Origin: Candidatus Pacearchaeota archaeon
GTDB lineage: Archaea > Nanobdellota > Nanobdellia > Pacearchaeales > GW2011-AR1
Assembly (NCBI GenBank): GCA_964202455.1
Contig: CAXNIJ010000005.1
Location: forward strand, 18,171 to 82,170
Direction of reading: 5' to 3'
DNA length: 64,000 bases
In this document: positions 27,692 to 36,937 of the stretch, piece after piece
Position numbering within the stretch: position 1 is the stretch's first letter
Layout: every line of letters begins with the position of its first letter
The notes under the pieces: model-generated
What the model was told of the DNA's origin: nothing
Seen by the model: only the letters and a program-made list of their open reading frames with translations
The model's database searches: none
Made by a program: the position numbers and the translations under genes

Positions 27692-28519
27692 ATGTTTAAA
27701 ACATATGGACTTGTGGGAATTGCTTTGATTATTTTGATGGAAGTTAATTTCTTTACAAAAATTGAGCCGTTTGCAAGTTGGTATTTTCCAATTATTTGGT
27801 CAGGGTATATTTTGGTGATTGATGCTTTAGTATTCAAGTTGCGAGGAAAATCTTTGATTAGCAATCAATTTTACACTTTTATTGGAATGGTGGTTATTTC
27901 GGCATTGTTTTGGTGGATATTTGAGTTTGTAAATTTAGTTATTTCTAATTGGAATTATCAGGGCACAGGTAAATTAGGAATATTAAAGAACTTATTTGGA
28001 ACTCTTTCTTTTGCAACAGTATTACCTGCATTTTTTGAAACTGTTGAACTTATTAGAAGTATTCATTTATTTGACACTAAAAAGCTTAAGAAAAAACATA
28101 AAATCACAAAGAGTTTGTTACATACAATGGTTGCATTGGGAGTTGTATGTTTTATTGTCCCACTTGTTTTACCCTCTTTTACTTTTCCCCTTGTCTGGCT
28201 AAGTTTCTTTTTATTTCTTGATCCAATTAATTATTTACATGGACAACCAAGCATTATAGGGCATTTGAAAGATAGAAAATTGGTTATTCCCCTTTCATTA
28301 TTAGTTGCAGGAATAATCATGGGGTTCTTTTGGGAGTTTTGGAATTATTGGGCCTTGCCTAAATGGACGTATAACATTCCGTTTGTTGGATTTTTTAAAA
28401 TCTTTGAAATGCCGATTTTAGGGTATTTGGGATATTTTCCATTTGCATTTGAACTTTATTCTATGTACTGGTTTACTCGTTCTTTATTTGTTCATAAGGA
28501 GCATTTGCTTGAAAATTAG
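27692..28519 (+). CDS. Integral membrane protein, unknown function
   Basis: Multiple hydrophobic helices, rich in Trp/Phe/Tyr. Confidence 0.5.
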   Translation: MFKTYGLVGIALIILMEVNFFTKIEPFASWYFPIIWSGYILVIDALVFKLRGKSLISNQFYTFIGMVVISALFWWIFEFVNLVISNWNYQGTGKLGILKNLFGTLSFATVLPAFFETVELIRSIHLFDTKKLKKKHKITKSLLHTMVALGVVCFIVPLVLPSFTFPLVWLSFFLFLDPINYLHGQPSIIGHLKDRKLVIPLSLLVAGIIMGFFWEFWNYWALPKWTYNIPFVGFFKIFEMPILGYLGYFPFAFELYSMYWFTRSLFVHKEHLLEN

Positions 28520-28622
28520 ATCATAAAAATGATGCGCTACCCCAACTTAAAACGTCAAAAACTGAACGTTCTCGATATTAGAGAATCCTTGACGGGTGGT
28601 GTTTACGTCAAGTTTCTTGACA
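28520..28622 (-). repeat. Mosaic hairpin element, copy D (short, reverse orientation)
   Basis: atcataaaaatgatgcgctaccccaacttaaaacg...cgtcaagtttcttgaca. It fills the whole convergent gap and overlaps the last ~20 nt of CDS 28603..29427. Confidence 0.8.
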
Positions 28623-29427
28623 TCATTAGTTTTGACTTTGCTATTTCTACGTCCGATGAGTAGGTAATTCCAATCCATCTTTCTTGTGCAGGAAGTACTC
28701 TAAATTTTGCTTTTTTTTCAACAATAAGTTCGTTCATAATTTCTGGAAGTAAACATTCTACATTTCTATTATTTTCATTTTCTTTCTTGAATTGTTCTAC
28801 TTTTTTTTGAATTTCTGAAAGTAGACGGGGTTGTAATCCAAAAATATTCATACTGCATAGAGAATTACCTTGAAATTCACTATTTTCTATTTTTTCAAGA
28901 GTTATATCAAATACTTCTTTTACTTGCGAGATTATTCCTTTTGAATCTGCATGAATTATTGCTCGATTTACTTTTCCTTCGTTAGGCAAGACCTCTTTTA
29001 GTTCGTATCCAATCATAATATTTTCTTCTGTCTGTCTAAGAAAATTTGTTGATTGTTCAAAAGATAATTGGCCGTAAAGGTCGTCACCATTACAGATAAC
29101 AAAAGGTGTTGAAAGAAAAGGTATCGCCACGTTTAACGCATCTGCAGTTCCCCAGGGTTTGTCTCTTTTTGTAGAATCATGAGTTTGAAGAGCATAGGTT
29201 ATAGGTATGCCTTTGTAATTAAATCCAAATTGTTTTTGGTAAGCTTCAATTGTTGTGGGGCCAACAATAAAAATTATTTTTGTAAAGCTTGATGAGGTTG
29301 CTTGTCTAAGAGAAATTTCCAATAATGGTTCTTTGTTTATTCCAACTGAAGCGAGAGATTTTATTCCTCCGCCGAAGCGCTTTGAAATTCCTCCAAGAAG
29401 ATAAACAAGAGTAATGTCTTTTTTCAT
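28603..29427 (-). CDS. Sugar-phosphate nucleotidyltransferase-family protein
   Basis: N-terminal LLGGISKRFGG (GxG(T/S)R-like), GTADAL, and CNGDDLY motifs of the NTP-transferase fold. Confidence 0.65.
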   Translation of the reverse strand: MKKDITLVYLLGGISKRFGGGIKSLASVGINKEPLLEISLRQATSSSFTKIIFIVGPTTIEAYQKQFGFNYKGIPITYALQTHDSTKRDKPWGTADALNVAIPFLSTPFVICNGDDLYGQLSFEQSTNFLRQTEENIMIGYELKEVLPNEGKVNRAIIHADSKGIISQVKEVFDITLEKIENSEFQGNSLCSMNIFGLQPRLLSEIQKKVEQFKKENENNRNVECLLPEIMNELIVEKKAKFRVLPAQERWIGITYSSDVEIAKSKLMMSRNLT

Positions 29428-29493
29428 AGATATTGAAAGAATATCTGTTTTTAAAGTGTAATGAAAGTCAAATCTAGATTTATCTTTCTTAAA

Positions 29494-29652
29494 TTATCCC
29501 ATGATTTTTAGAATTATAACAAAAATAACTAACCCTATAATGAACCCTATAACTTGTCCCGGACTGATTTTAAATTTACTTTCATATTCGTCATCGTATC
29601 TCATTAGTCCGCCGAATGTTCCAGGCATGCTCATCCTATTATCATTTGACAT
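29494..29652 (-). CDS. Preprotein translocase subunit Sec61-beta (52 aa), not in the ORF track
   Basis: Hand translation: MSNDNRMSMPGTFGGLMRYDDEYESKFKISPGQVIGFIIGLVIFVIILKIMG. Has the GGLMRYxDE motif plus a C-terminal TM. Confidence 0.7.
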   Translation of the reverse strand: MSNDNRMSMPGTFGGLMRYDDEYESKFKISPGQVIGFIIGLVIFVIILKIMG

Positions 29653-29682
29653 ATTGTAGTGATGTAAATTGAATATAAAAAG

Positions 29683-30297
29683 CTATCTTTTTAGACTTTC
29701 TAAAAGTTTTTTTCTATCTCTCCCAGGCACTTCTTTGCCCCATAACACAAAAATCCGATTAATTTTGCTCCAATAAGATTTTGGTGCTACTTTTTGTAAG
29801 GAAAGTTCAGTTTGGTGAGGAGTTTTTGTTTTGACTAGTCCTAAAACGTTGCTTAAACGGTGAACGTGTGTGTCTACGCAAATAGAGTCTTTTGAATGGA
29901 TTTCGGATAATACAAGGTTTGCTGTTTTTCTCCCTACACCGGGGATTTCTGTGAGCTTTTCGATTGTGTTTGGAACTATGCCATTATAGTGGGTGATGAG
30001 ATGCTGTGCTGCGGCGATAACATGTTTTGTTTTTGTGCGATTGTAGTTCATGCTTTTAAGAATATGAAGAACATTTTCATAACTTGCCCTAGAAAGTTTT
30101 TCCAAGGAAGGATAATTTTTGAAGAGGTTATCGGCTATGGGGATTGTGGTTTCATCTCTTGATTGTGCAGACATGATGGTTGTGATGAGCGTTTGCCAAT
30201 CTTCTGGCCAAGCTTCTCCAGCTAGGCGATATTTGCTTTGACCGTATTTTACTTGGGCTTTTTTGAAGACTTGGAGAAAGAGATCTTTTTTGTTCAT
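29683..30297 (-). CDS. nth: Endonuclease III-family HhH-GPD DNA glycosylase
   Basis: HhH LTEIPGVGRKTANLVL, catalytic region VDTHVHR. No C-terminal 4-Cys cluster is visible. Confidence 0.8.
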   Translation of the reverse strand: MNKKDLFLQVFKKAQVKYGQSKYRLAGEAWPEDWQTLITTIMSAQSRDETTIPIADNLFKNYPSLEKLSRASYENVLHILKSMNYNRTKTKHVIAAAQHLITHYNGIVPNTIEKLTEIPGVGRKTANLVLSEIHSKDSICVDTHVHRLSNVLGLVKTKTPHQTELSLQKVAPKSYWSKINRIFVLWGKEVPGRDRKKLLESLKR

Positions 30298-30349
30298 TGC
30301 TTTTTGAGGAAGTGAAGATTTTTAACCCCTTCTCTCCTTCCTGTCAGAT

Positions 30350-32689
30350 ATGGCTGAACTCGATTTTAAAGCAATGGAACAGAAGTGGAAGGAATATTGG
30401 GAAAAGGAGAAAATATTTGCTTTTAATCCTAAAAGCAAGAAAAAAATATATTCAATAGATACTCCTCCCCCCACTGTTTCGGGAAATATGCATTTGGGAC
30501 ACGCGTTTTCGTATTCTCAACAAGATTTCATTGCGAGATATAGGAGAATGGCAGGATATGAGGTTTTTTATCCATTTGGAACAGATGATAATGGATTGCC
30601 TACTGAGAGACTCGTTGAGAAACTTAAGAACGTGAAGAGTAAGAATATGTCTCGTGGAGATTTTATTAAATTATGTTTGAACACACTTAAAGAAATAACT
30701 CCCGCGTTTATTGCTGATTGGAAAGACATCGGAGTATCTGCAGATTATTCAATGTATTATTCTACTATTAATGAGCATTGCCAGAAAATTTCTCAGAAGT
30801 CGTTTATTGATTTATATAAAAAAGGATTTGTTTATCGCGAAGAATTTCCAACAATTTATTGTAGTGAATGTCAGACTCCAATTGCACAGGCAGAACTTGA
30901 AGACTGCGAGAAAGATACATTTTTTACAACGCTTAAATTTTTATCTGGGGAGAAGACTATTCCCATTGCAACGACTCGACCAGAATTACTTGGGGCGTGT
31001 GTGGCAGTTTTTGTAAATCATAAAGATAAAAGATACGAGTCTTTTGTTGGAAAGAAAGCTAAAGTTCCATTATTTAATCATGAAGTTCCAATAATTGCAG
31101 ATAATTCTGCTCAAATTGACAAGGGAACTGGAGTATTAATGATCTGTTCTTATGGAGATAAATATGATGTTGATGCAATTAAACGTCATAAGCTTGAGCC
31201 CAAGGTTGTGCTTACTAAACAGGGAAAGTTATCTGTTGCACCTTATGAAGGATTTACCATTAAAGATGCTAGAAAAAAGATACTTGCTGATTTGAAAGCA
31301 CAAGATCTAATTATTGAACAAAAATCTATAAAGCACATAGTTAATGTACATGATAAATGTGGAACTCCGATAGAATTTCTTCCAGTTCCTCAATGGTTTA
31401 TTAAAATACTTGAAAATAAAAATAAATTGATTGAGCAAGCTAAAAAAATTAATTGGCATCCTGAATATATGTTCAAGAGATATGAAAATTGGGTAAATGG
31501 GTTAGAATGGGATTGGTCAATTTCTCGTGAGAGGCACTTTGGAATTCCAATACCTGTTTGGCATTGTGAAAAATGTAATGAATTTATTCTTCCCGAAGAT
31601 AAAGAGTTGCCTATCGATCCATTGCAAATATCTAAGAATTGTAAAAAGTGTAAGTCAAAAGCAATTCCAGAAGATAAAGTGCTAGATACTTGGGCAACTT
31701 CTTCCCTTACTCCTCAGATTGCTTCATCTCTGACTTCGAGAGTGAAAGTGCCTTTTTCTTTAAGGCCCCAAGCACACGATATTATTCGCACTTGGGCGTT
31801 TTATACAATCGTTAAATCGATGTATCATGAGAAAAATATTCCCTGGGAAACAATTGCTATTTCAGGAAATGTTACTATGAGTGGAGAGAAGATGTCAAAA
31901 TCTAAAGGAAATGGAATAGAGCCTAAAGTGGTACTTACGCAATATGGTGCTGACGCTTTGAGATATTGGGCTTCTTCTTCAAAATTGGGCGAAGACTTAG
32001 ATTATCAGGAAAAAGACTTAGTTACAGGTAGAAAATTAGTAACTAAACTTCTAAATGCTGCAAATTTTGTTTTTATGAATATTTCTTCCATGTTGCCTAT
32101 AAAAATACCTTCTAAATTGCATGAGACAGATAGATTATTTATGGGGCAGTTGAATAATTTAGTAGAAGAAGTGACTAAATCATTTGAAGAATATAATTAT
32201 TCAAAAGCTCGACTAGATACGGACCAATTTTTCTGGAAAGTTTTTGCAGATAATTATTTAGAAATTGTTAAAAACAGAGTTTATCAAGGGAATAAAGAAG
32301 AAAAAGAATCTGCGGCTTATACCTTGTACCATTCGCTCTTGACGTTTACTAAATTGTTTGCACCATTTGTTCCTTATATTGCCGAAGAGTTGTATCAAGT
32401 GCATTTTAGGAAATATGAGGAAGAGAAGTCTGTTCATGTTAGTTCTTGGCCAGTTCCTTTGAAACTGAAGAAATTGAAAGACGATGGAGAAGTCTGGAAG
32501 AAGTTTATAGAGGTAATTACGTTTGTGCGTTCTAAAAAATCTGAAGCTCAAAAATCTATGAAGGCAGAGATTATTTTAACTATATCTAAGAGCGATGAGG
32601 GATTGCTTTCTAGTATTTTAGGAGATTTGAAATCTGTGACAAGTGCTAAAGAAATTAGATCTGGAGATTTGAGTGTGGAGTTTGTTTAG
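30350..32689 (+). CDS. valS: Valyl-tRNA synthetase
   Basis: TPPPTVSGNMHLGHA, KMSKSKGN, and a CP1 editing-domain-sized insertion. Confidence 0.9.
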   Translation: MAELDFKAMEQKWKEYWEKEKIFAFNPKSKKKIYSIDTPPPTVSGNMHLGHAFSYSQQDFIARYRRMAGYEVFYPFGTDDNGLPTERLVEKLKNVKSKNMSRGDFIKLCLNTLKEITPAFIADWKDIGVSADYSMYYSTINEHCQKISQKSFIDLYKKGFVYREEFPTIYCSECQTPIAQAELEDCEKDTFFTTLKFLSGEKTIPIATTRPELLGACVAVFVNHKDKRYESFVGKKAKVPLFNHEVPIIADNSAQIDKGTGVLMICSYGDKYDVDAIKRHKLEPKVVLTKQGKLSVAPYEGFTIKDARKKILADLKAQDLIIEQKSIKHIVNVHDKCGTPIEFLPVPQWFIKILENKNKLIEQAKKINWHPEYMFKRYENWVNGLEWDWSISRERHFGIPIPVWHCEKCNEFILPEDKELPIDPLQISKNCKKCKSKAIPEDKVLDTWATSSLTPQIASSLTSRVKVPFSLRPQAHDIIRTWAFYTIVKSMYHEKNIPWETIAISGNVTMSGEKMSKSKGNGIEPKVVLTQYGADALRYWASSSKLGEDLDYQEKDLVTGRKLVTKLLNAANFVFMNISSMLPIKIPSKLHETDRLFMGQLNNLVEEVTKSFEEYNYSKARLDTDQFFWKVFADNYLEIVKNRVYQGNKEEKESAAYTLYHSLLTFTKLFAPFVPYIAEELYQVHFRKYEEEKSVHVSSWPVPLKLKKLKDDGEVWKKFIEVITFVRSKKSEAQKSMKAEIILTISKSDEGLLSSILGDLKSVTSAKEIRSGDLSVEFV

Positions 32690-33465
32690 TCTTTACTGCA
32701 ATTAAAGAATACGAGACCATGATTGGCATCATCATGGGCTTTTTCAAAGAGATCCCTATTATCAAGTGCGCTGTCAGTTACAAAATATGCCAAATCCCCT
32801 CCCACGCGATATTGTGATGAAGAGTTAAGCTTTAATCCGATAGATGCTGTGACAAGAGCACCGCAAGTAGGTTGGCGACAACGTAGAGGTATATATCCAA
32901 GCAAGTTATCAAAACCCTTCTTCACGATTTCTTCTATAATCAACTGGAACTCTCCAGAACAGCCCAGATCAGTTCCTTTTCTTTGTATAAATTCTTCTCG
33001 ATAGAGATGTTCTTGAAATACGGGTTTTCCGTTCTTAGCAACAAATAAGTCGTTTTCCTCAAGACCATAACTGTTCAAAATTGAAGTAAATTTTTTAGGA
33101 AGTTGAAAGTCTTTAAAGTATTTTTCAACAGCTGTACGAATTTCTAAAGAAGCAGAATCGCTTTGAGCATACCATGTACGCGGGTTCATTAAGGAATGAT
33201 CATCTACTAATAACGATAGTTTGCAATTTTTCCCTCGTGATTTACCAAAGGCAATTAACTGTGAAGCATAATCTAGGGTGACTAATGGAAATATTCCAAA
33301 TCGGTCATCTTCTTCTATCCCAGCTCTTACTTCTAATTTATTTTGGAAATATTGTGGTTCGAGAGCAAAGTGCCCGCCTATTATTGCAGTCGAATTTGAT
33401 TTTTCAATGCGTTCTCTAAAGTACTTTTGCATTTGAGCGATACTTTCAAATTTACTATAGACCAT
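32686..33465 (-). CDS. Hypothetical protein
   Basis: ORF only. Convergent 4-nt overlap with valS. Confidence 0.4.
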   Translation of the reverse strand: MVYSKFESIAQMQKYFRERIEKSNSTAIIGGHFALEPQYFQNKLEVRAGIEEDDRFGIFPLVTLDYASQLIAFGKSRGKNCKLSLLVDDHSLMNPRTWYAQSDSASLEIRTAVEKYFKDFQLPKKFTSILNSYGLEENDLFVAKNGKPVFQEHLYREEFIQRKGTDLGCSGEFQLIIEEIVKKGFDNLLGYIPLRCRQPTCGALVTASIGLKLNSSSQYRVGGDLAYFVTDSALDNRDLFEKAHDDANHGLVFFNCSKD

Positions 33466-33589
33466 GGTTCTTTCCTATTGAAGTGTTTTTCATAAAAAGG
33501 GCATCAAAGATGAATAGATAAGGCTTTTGCCTCTAAAATGGTAATTAAATGGAAAAATATATAAAGAAAGTCAACTATTTACTAAAAAC

Positions 33590-34555
33590 ATGGTTGAAAT
33601 TGACGCAATAGATAGAAGAATACTTTTCGAATTAGATAGAAATGCACGTATACCTGAAGTACAGATAGCTAAAAAAATAGGAAAGAGTAAAGAAGCAGTG
33701 AGATATAGAATAAAGAAATTAGTTGATTCAGGAATTATTCTAAGATTTACAACTTGGATTGACCCCATTAAAATCGGATATCAAACTGCAAAAATGTATC
33801 TGCATCTTGCAAATATTCCTTCAAAAAAGAAAGAATTTATTGAATATGTAAAGAAAGATAAAAGACTTTTTTGGCTAGGAATTGCAGAAGGTGTTTGGAA
33901 TGTGGGGCTTACATTTTTTGTAAAATCGAATGAGGAATTTTTTCAACTGAAAAATTCTCTTTTTTCTAAATTCAAAGACCTAATTATTGAAAGCAAGACT
34001 GCATCCGTTATCGCAATATATTATCATAATAAGACTTTTCTCCATAATGAAAAAAGTGAATGGAAGAGTATGTTCGATTCACAAAGTTTTTATGAATTAG
34101 ATGGAATGAGTAAGAAAGTTTTGAGATCGTTTTTCAAAAATTCTCGAGAGAACATTGCGACTATTGCACATAATAATAAGACTAGTGTGGACATAGTAAG
34201 AAATAGAATGAGAAAGCTAGAAGAACAAAGAATTATTGAAAAATATACGATTATCCTAAATTACGAAAAACTAGGATATGAGTTTTACAAGACGTTCCTT
34301 TACTTTAAGAGTTTAAATGAACAGGAATTATTTAGATTTATGAAATATGCAATGGAGAATCCAAATATAATTAATTTCATTAAACAAATATCCGCTTGGG
34401 ATATAGAATTAGAAATAATGTGTAAGAGCTTTGTAGAATATAATGAGATAATCTCTAAATTGACTGAAGAATTTTCTAAAAGTATTCAAAAAGTTGAGAC
34501 TGCAATAATGAAAGAAGATCATGTTTTTCCTGCAGAGAAAATGGTGTTTGAGTGA
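33590..34555 (+). CDS. Lrp/AsnC-family regulator with two tandem HTH + effector modules
   Basis: IDAIDRRILFELDRNARIPEVQIAKKIGKSKEAVRYRIKKLVDSGII, and a second LDGMSKKVLRSFFKNSRENIATIAHNNKTSVDIVRNRMRKLEEQRII. Confidence 0.75.
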   Translation: MVEIDAIDRRILFELDRNARIPEVQIAKKIGKSKEAVRYRIKKLVDSGIILRFTTWIDPIKIGYQTAKMYLHLANIPSKKKEFIEYVKKDKRLFWLGIAEGVWNVGLTFFVKSNEEFFQLKNSLFSKFKDLIIESKTASVIAIYYHNKTFLHNEKSEWKSMFDSQSFYELDGMSKKVLRSFFKNSRENIATIAHNNKTSVDIVRNRMRKLEEQRIIEKYTIILNYEKLGYEFYKTFLYFKSLNEQELFRFMKYAMENPNIINFIKQISAWDIELEIMCKSFVEYNEIISKLTEEFSKSIQKVETAIMKEDHVFPAEKMVFE

Positions 34556-34592
34556 AGCAAACACATAAAAACTAGGAACTTCTTTATATCTT

Positions 34593-34949
34593 ATGGCGTT
34601 ATTTACTAAATCGATCCAAGATAGGGCGACCAAGATAGATGGCGTGAGAATATGTATCATGAGAGATCCTGGAAAGTATAAGCATTACGATGCATGGATG
34701 CAATTACTTTCTCCTTCTGCGAAACTTGATGCAGAAGTAAAAAAAGGTTTGAAATGGGGAGCGTTTAAGAAGAAATTCCAAAGAGAGTTAAAGCAGAATA
34801 AATATACACTCCAATTGCTTGCGGCGATTGCAAAAAAACAAAATGTTACGCTTTTGGGATTTGGAAAAGAGGGAGCATCTTGTCATAGGAGTCTTGTTGT
34901 TGAGGCCGTTAGAAAGATAGATTCTAAAGTGAAAATTGTTATTCACTAA
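34593..34949 (+). CDS. DUF488 (YeaO-like) protein
   Basis: The pattern YDAWMQLLSPSAKL ... W..F...F..EL ... VTLL ... CHRSLV matches my recollection of YeaO-type DUF488. Confidence 0.65.
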   Translation: MALFTKSIQDRATKIDGVRICIMRDPGKYKHYDAWMQLLSPSAKLDAEVKKGLKWGAFKKKFQRELKQNKYTLQLLAAIAKKQNVTLLGFGKEGASCHRSLVVEAVRKIDSKVKIVIH

Positions 34950-35006
34950 ATGATGCGGACGTTACTTAGTTATACTTATTAACCCTCCTTTCATAGATTT
35001 CTTAAC

Positions 35007-36125
35007 ATGGCGGGAAAAATTTCACCAGAGATAACTGATAAACAAAAACAAGAATTGGAAGAGCTCGTTACTTTACTTAATGGAATTCGTGGAGTACATA
35101 CTGAGCTGGTGACCGTGCTTATTCCTGCTGGAACAAATATACATCAAGTGTCTACACAGTTGACTTCTGAATCTGGAACTGCAGAGAACATTAAATCTAA
35201 ACAGACTAGAACTGCAGTTGTTACGGCTTTAGAAACAATTATTAGAGAAATAAAAAATTATAAGCAGACTCCGAAGAACGGTTTGGCTTTATTTTGTGGA
35301 AATGTTTCTGAGAAAGAAGGCGGACAAGACGTTCAAATTTGGGCGTATGAACCACCTAAGCCCCTTAATGTGAGAATGTATCGGTGCGATAAGACATTTG
35401 TACTTGAGCCTTTGAAAGAAATGTTACAGGTAACTGAGGTTTATGGATTACTTGCAATAGATAGACAGCAAGCAACAATTGGAGTTCTCGAGGGAAAACA
35501 GATTAAATTACTTAGAACAATGACTAGTGGAGTTCCTGGAAAAGTTAGGGCTGGAGGACAATCATCTCAACGTTACCATAGAGTTACTGAAGGCCTTGCT
35601 AAAGAATTTTTTAGAAGAGTTGCTGAAGCAATGAAAGAGATATTTTTCGATTTACCAAAATTGAGTGGAATTTTAGTTGGTGGACCCATTCCAACTAAAG
35701 ATGAATTCTTGGAAGAAGGAGATTTGGTAACTAAACTTAAGGAGAAAGTTGTTGCAATTAAAGATATTGGATATACCGATGAACATGGACTAAAATTACT
35801 AGTTGAGGCATCTTATGAAGATATATCTCAACAGGAATTTATTAAAGAGAAAAAAATTATTCAGAACTTTTTCGAGACTCTTGGTAAAAAGAGAGAGAAG
35901 GCCACTTATGGAATTGATAGGGTGAGACTAGCTTTGGAAAGAGGGGCTGTTGAAAGATTGTTAATTTCTAAAGATTTTCCCAAGGCTGAAATGCAGGAAT
36001 TAGAGAAAAAAGCTGAAAATATTGGAGCCGAAGTTATTTTGATAAGTAATGAGAATCAGGAAGGGGAGCAATTCTGGAATTTAACTAAAGGTGTTGGAGC
36101 TATTTTAAGATTTGCTCTGGAATAA
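35007..36125 (+). CDS. prf1: Peptide chain release factor aRF1
   Basis: NIKS motif (TAENIKSKQTR) and GGQ motif (RAGGQSSQRY). Confidence 0.9.
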   Translation: MAGKISPEITDKQKQELEELVTLLNGIRGVHTELVTVLIPAGTNIHQVSTQLTSESGTAENIKSKQTRTAVVTALETIIREIKNYKQTPKNGLALFCGNVSEKEGGQDVQIWAYEPPKPLNVRMYRCDKTFVLEPLKEMLQVTEVYGLLAIDRQQATIGVLEGKQIKLLRTMTSGVPGKVRAGGQSSQRYHRVTEGLAKEFFRRVAEAMKEIFFDLPKLSGILVGGPIPTKDEFLEEGDLVTKLKEKVVAIKDIGYTDEHGLKLLVEASYEDISQQEFIKEKKIIQNFFETLGKKREKATYGIDRVRLALERGAVERLLISKDFPKAEMQELEKKAENIGAEVILISNENQEGEQFWNLTKGVGAILRFALE

Positions 36126-36507
36126 ATGTAAAATAATGTTGTTTTTCAGACTTTGATCTACTAGTTTCTTTAGACTCTTTCTCTACAGGTATTGCTTTTA
36201 CTACGATTTCTAGAGGTATACGAATCTGAGAAATGTGCCCTTTAAACATTGCAGTTTCTAGAGCCTTTTCGATTGCATTTTTCTGTCTCCTTTGGAGGGA
36301 ATGCATCTCTGCAATGGATTCTAGAGGCAATGCTTGTAACACTATTTTTGGAATTAGTGCAGATTTTTTAAGAATAGATAGTACTTGGTAGCATTGTCCA
36401 AGATATACTATCCCTCTTCCAACTCTACTTGGCATCTCTGATGGATGAAGCTTATAGAAAAAATATACACTTTTATTCTCATATTGCGAGATTTCTAGTT
36501 TGTTCAT
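36100..36507 (-). CDS. Hypothetical protein
   Basis: ORF only. Convergent 26-nt overlap with aRF1. Confidence 0.35.
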   Translation of the reverse strand: MNKLEISQYENKSVYFFYKLHPSEMPSRVGRGIVYLGQCYQVLSILKKSALIPKIVLQALPLESIAEMHSLQRRQKNAIEKALETAMFKGHISQIRIPLEIVVKAIPVEKESKETSRSKSEKQHYFTFIPEQILK

Positions 36508-36650
36508 AACTCCTCACGATAGTAGTTTATAAAAATAAGTGGGTGATTCGATATAACTATTGAGGAAGAAAAGTCTATATACCCGGGTTTTCTTTTCTTT
36601 TTAACAACCCCATTTTTCTTTGCTTTGTATATTTGATAAGAGAATTTTAA

Positions 36651-36862
36651 TGTCGCGGAGCTTTACGACTGAGAGAACATTCAGTCGTCGAAAATCTCTA
36701 ATTTTCGAGTGCATCCAAGAATACGAAGAAAGAGTATTCTTGATGTCTTGAGTGCCGTCAAAGACATTAGTCTTTGAGACTAAGAAACTCTTTGAGTTTC
36801 GAGGCGATCAGAAACTGAAAGTTTCTGACGTTTAAGTTAGGGTAGCGCATCGTGCTTTTGAT
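36651..36862 (+). repeat. Mosaic hairpin element, copy E
   Basis: tgtcgcggagctttacgactgagagaac... tcaagaatacgaagaaagagtattcttga, tcaaagacattagtctttga, gaaactctttgagtttc, tcagaaactgaaagtttctga, tail cgtttaagttagggtagcgcatcgtgcttttgat. Confidence 0.85.
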
Positions 36863-36937
36863 ATTAGTCATTGAGATATTCTAGATGTTTGTGAATAGCA
36901 CAACAAATCATATAAAGGAAGATTGCGCTAAGGTATT

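Noticed and set aside
36508-36937. Replication origin in the 430-bp gap upstream of mcm
   Set aside because: There is no orc1/cdc6 gene nearby, and I could not identify ORB-like inverted repeats. Most of the conserved sequence there is mosaic copy E.
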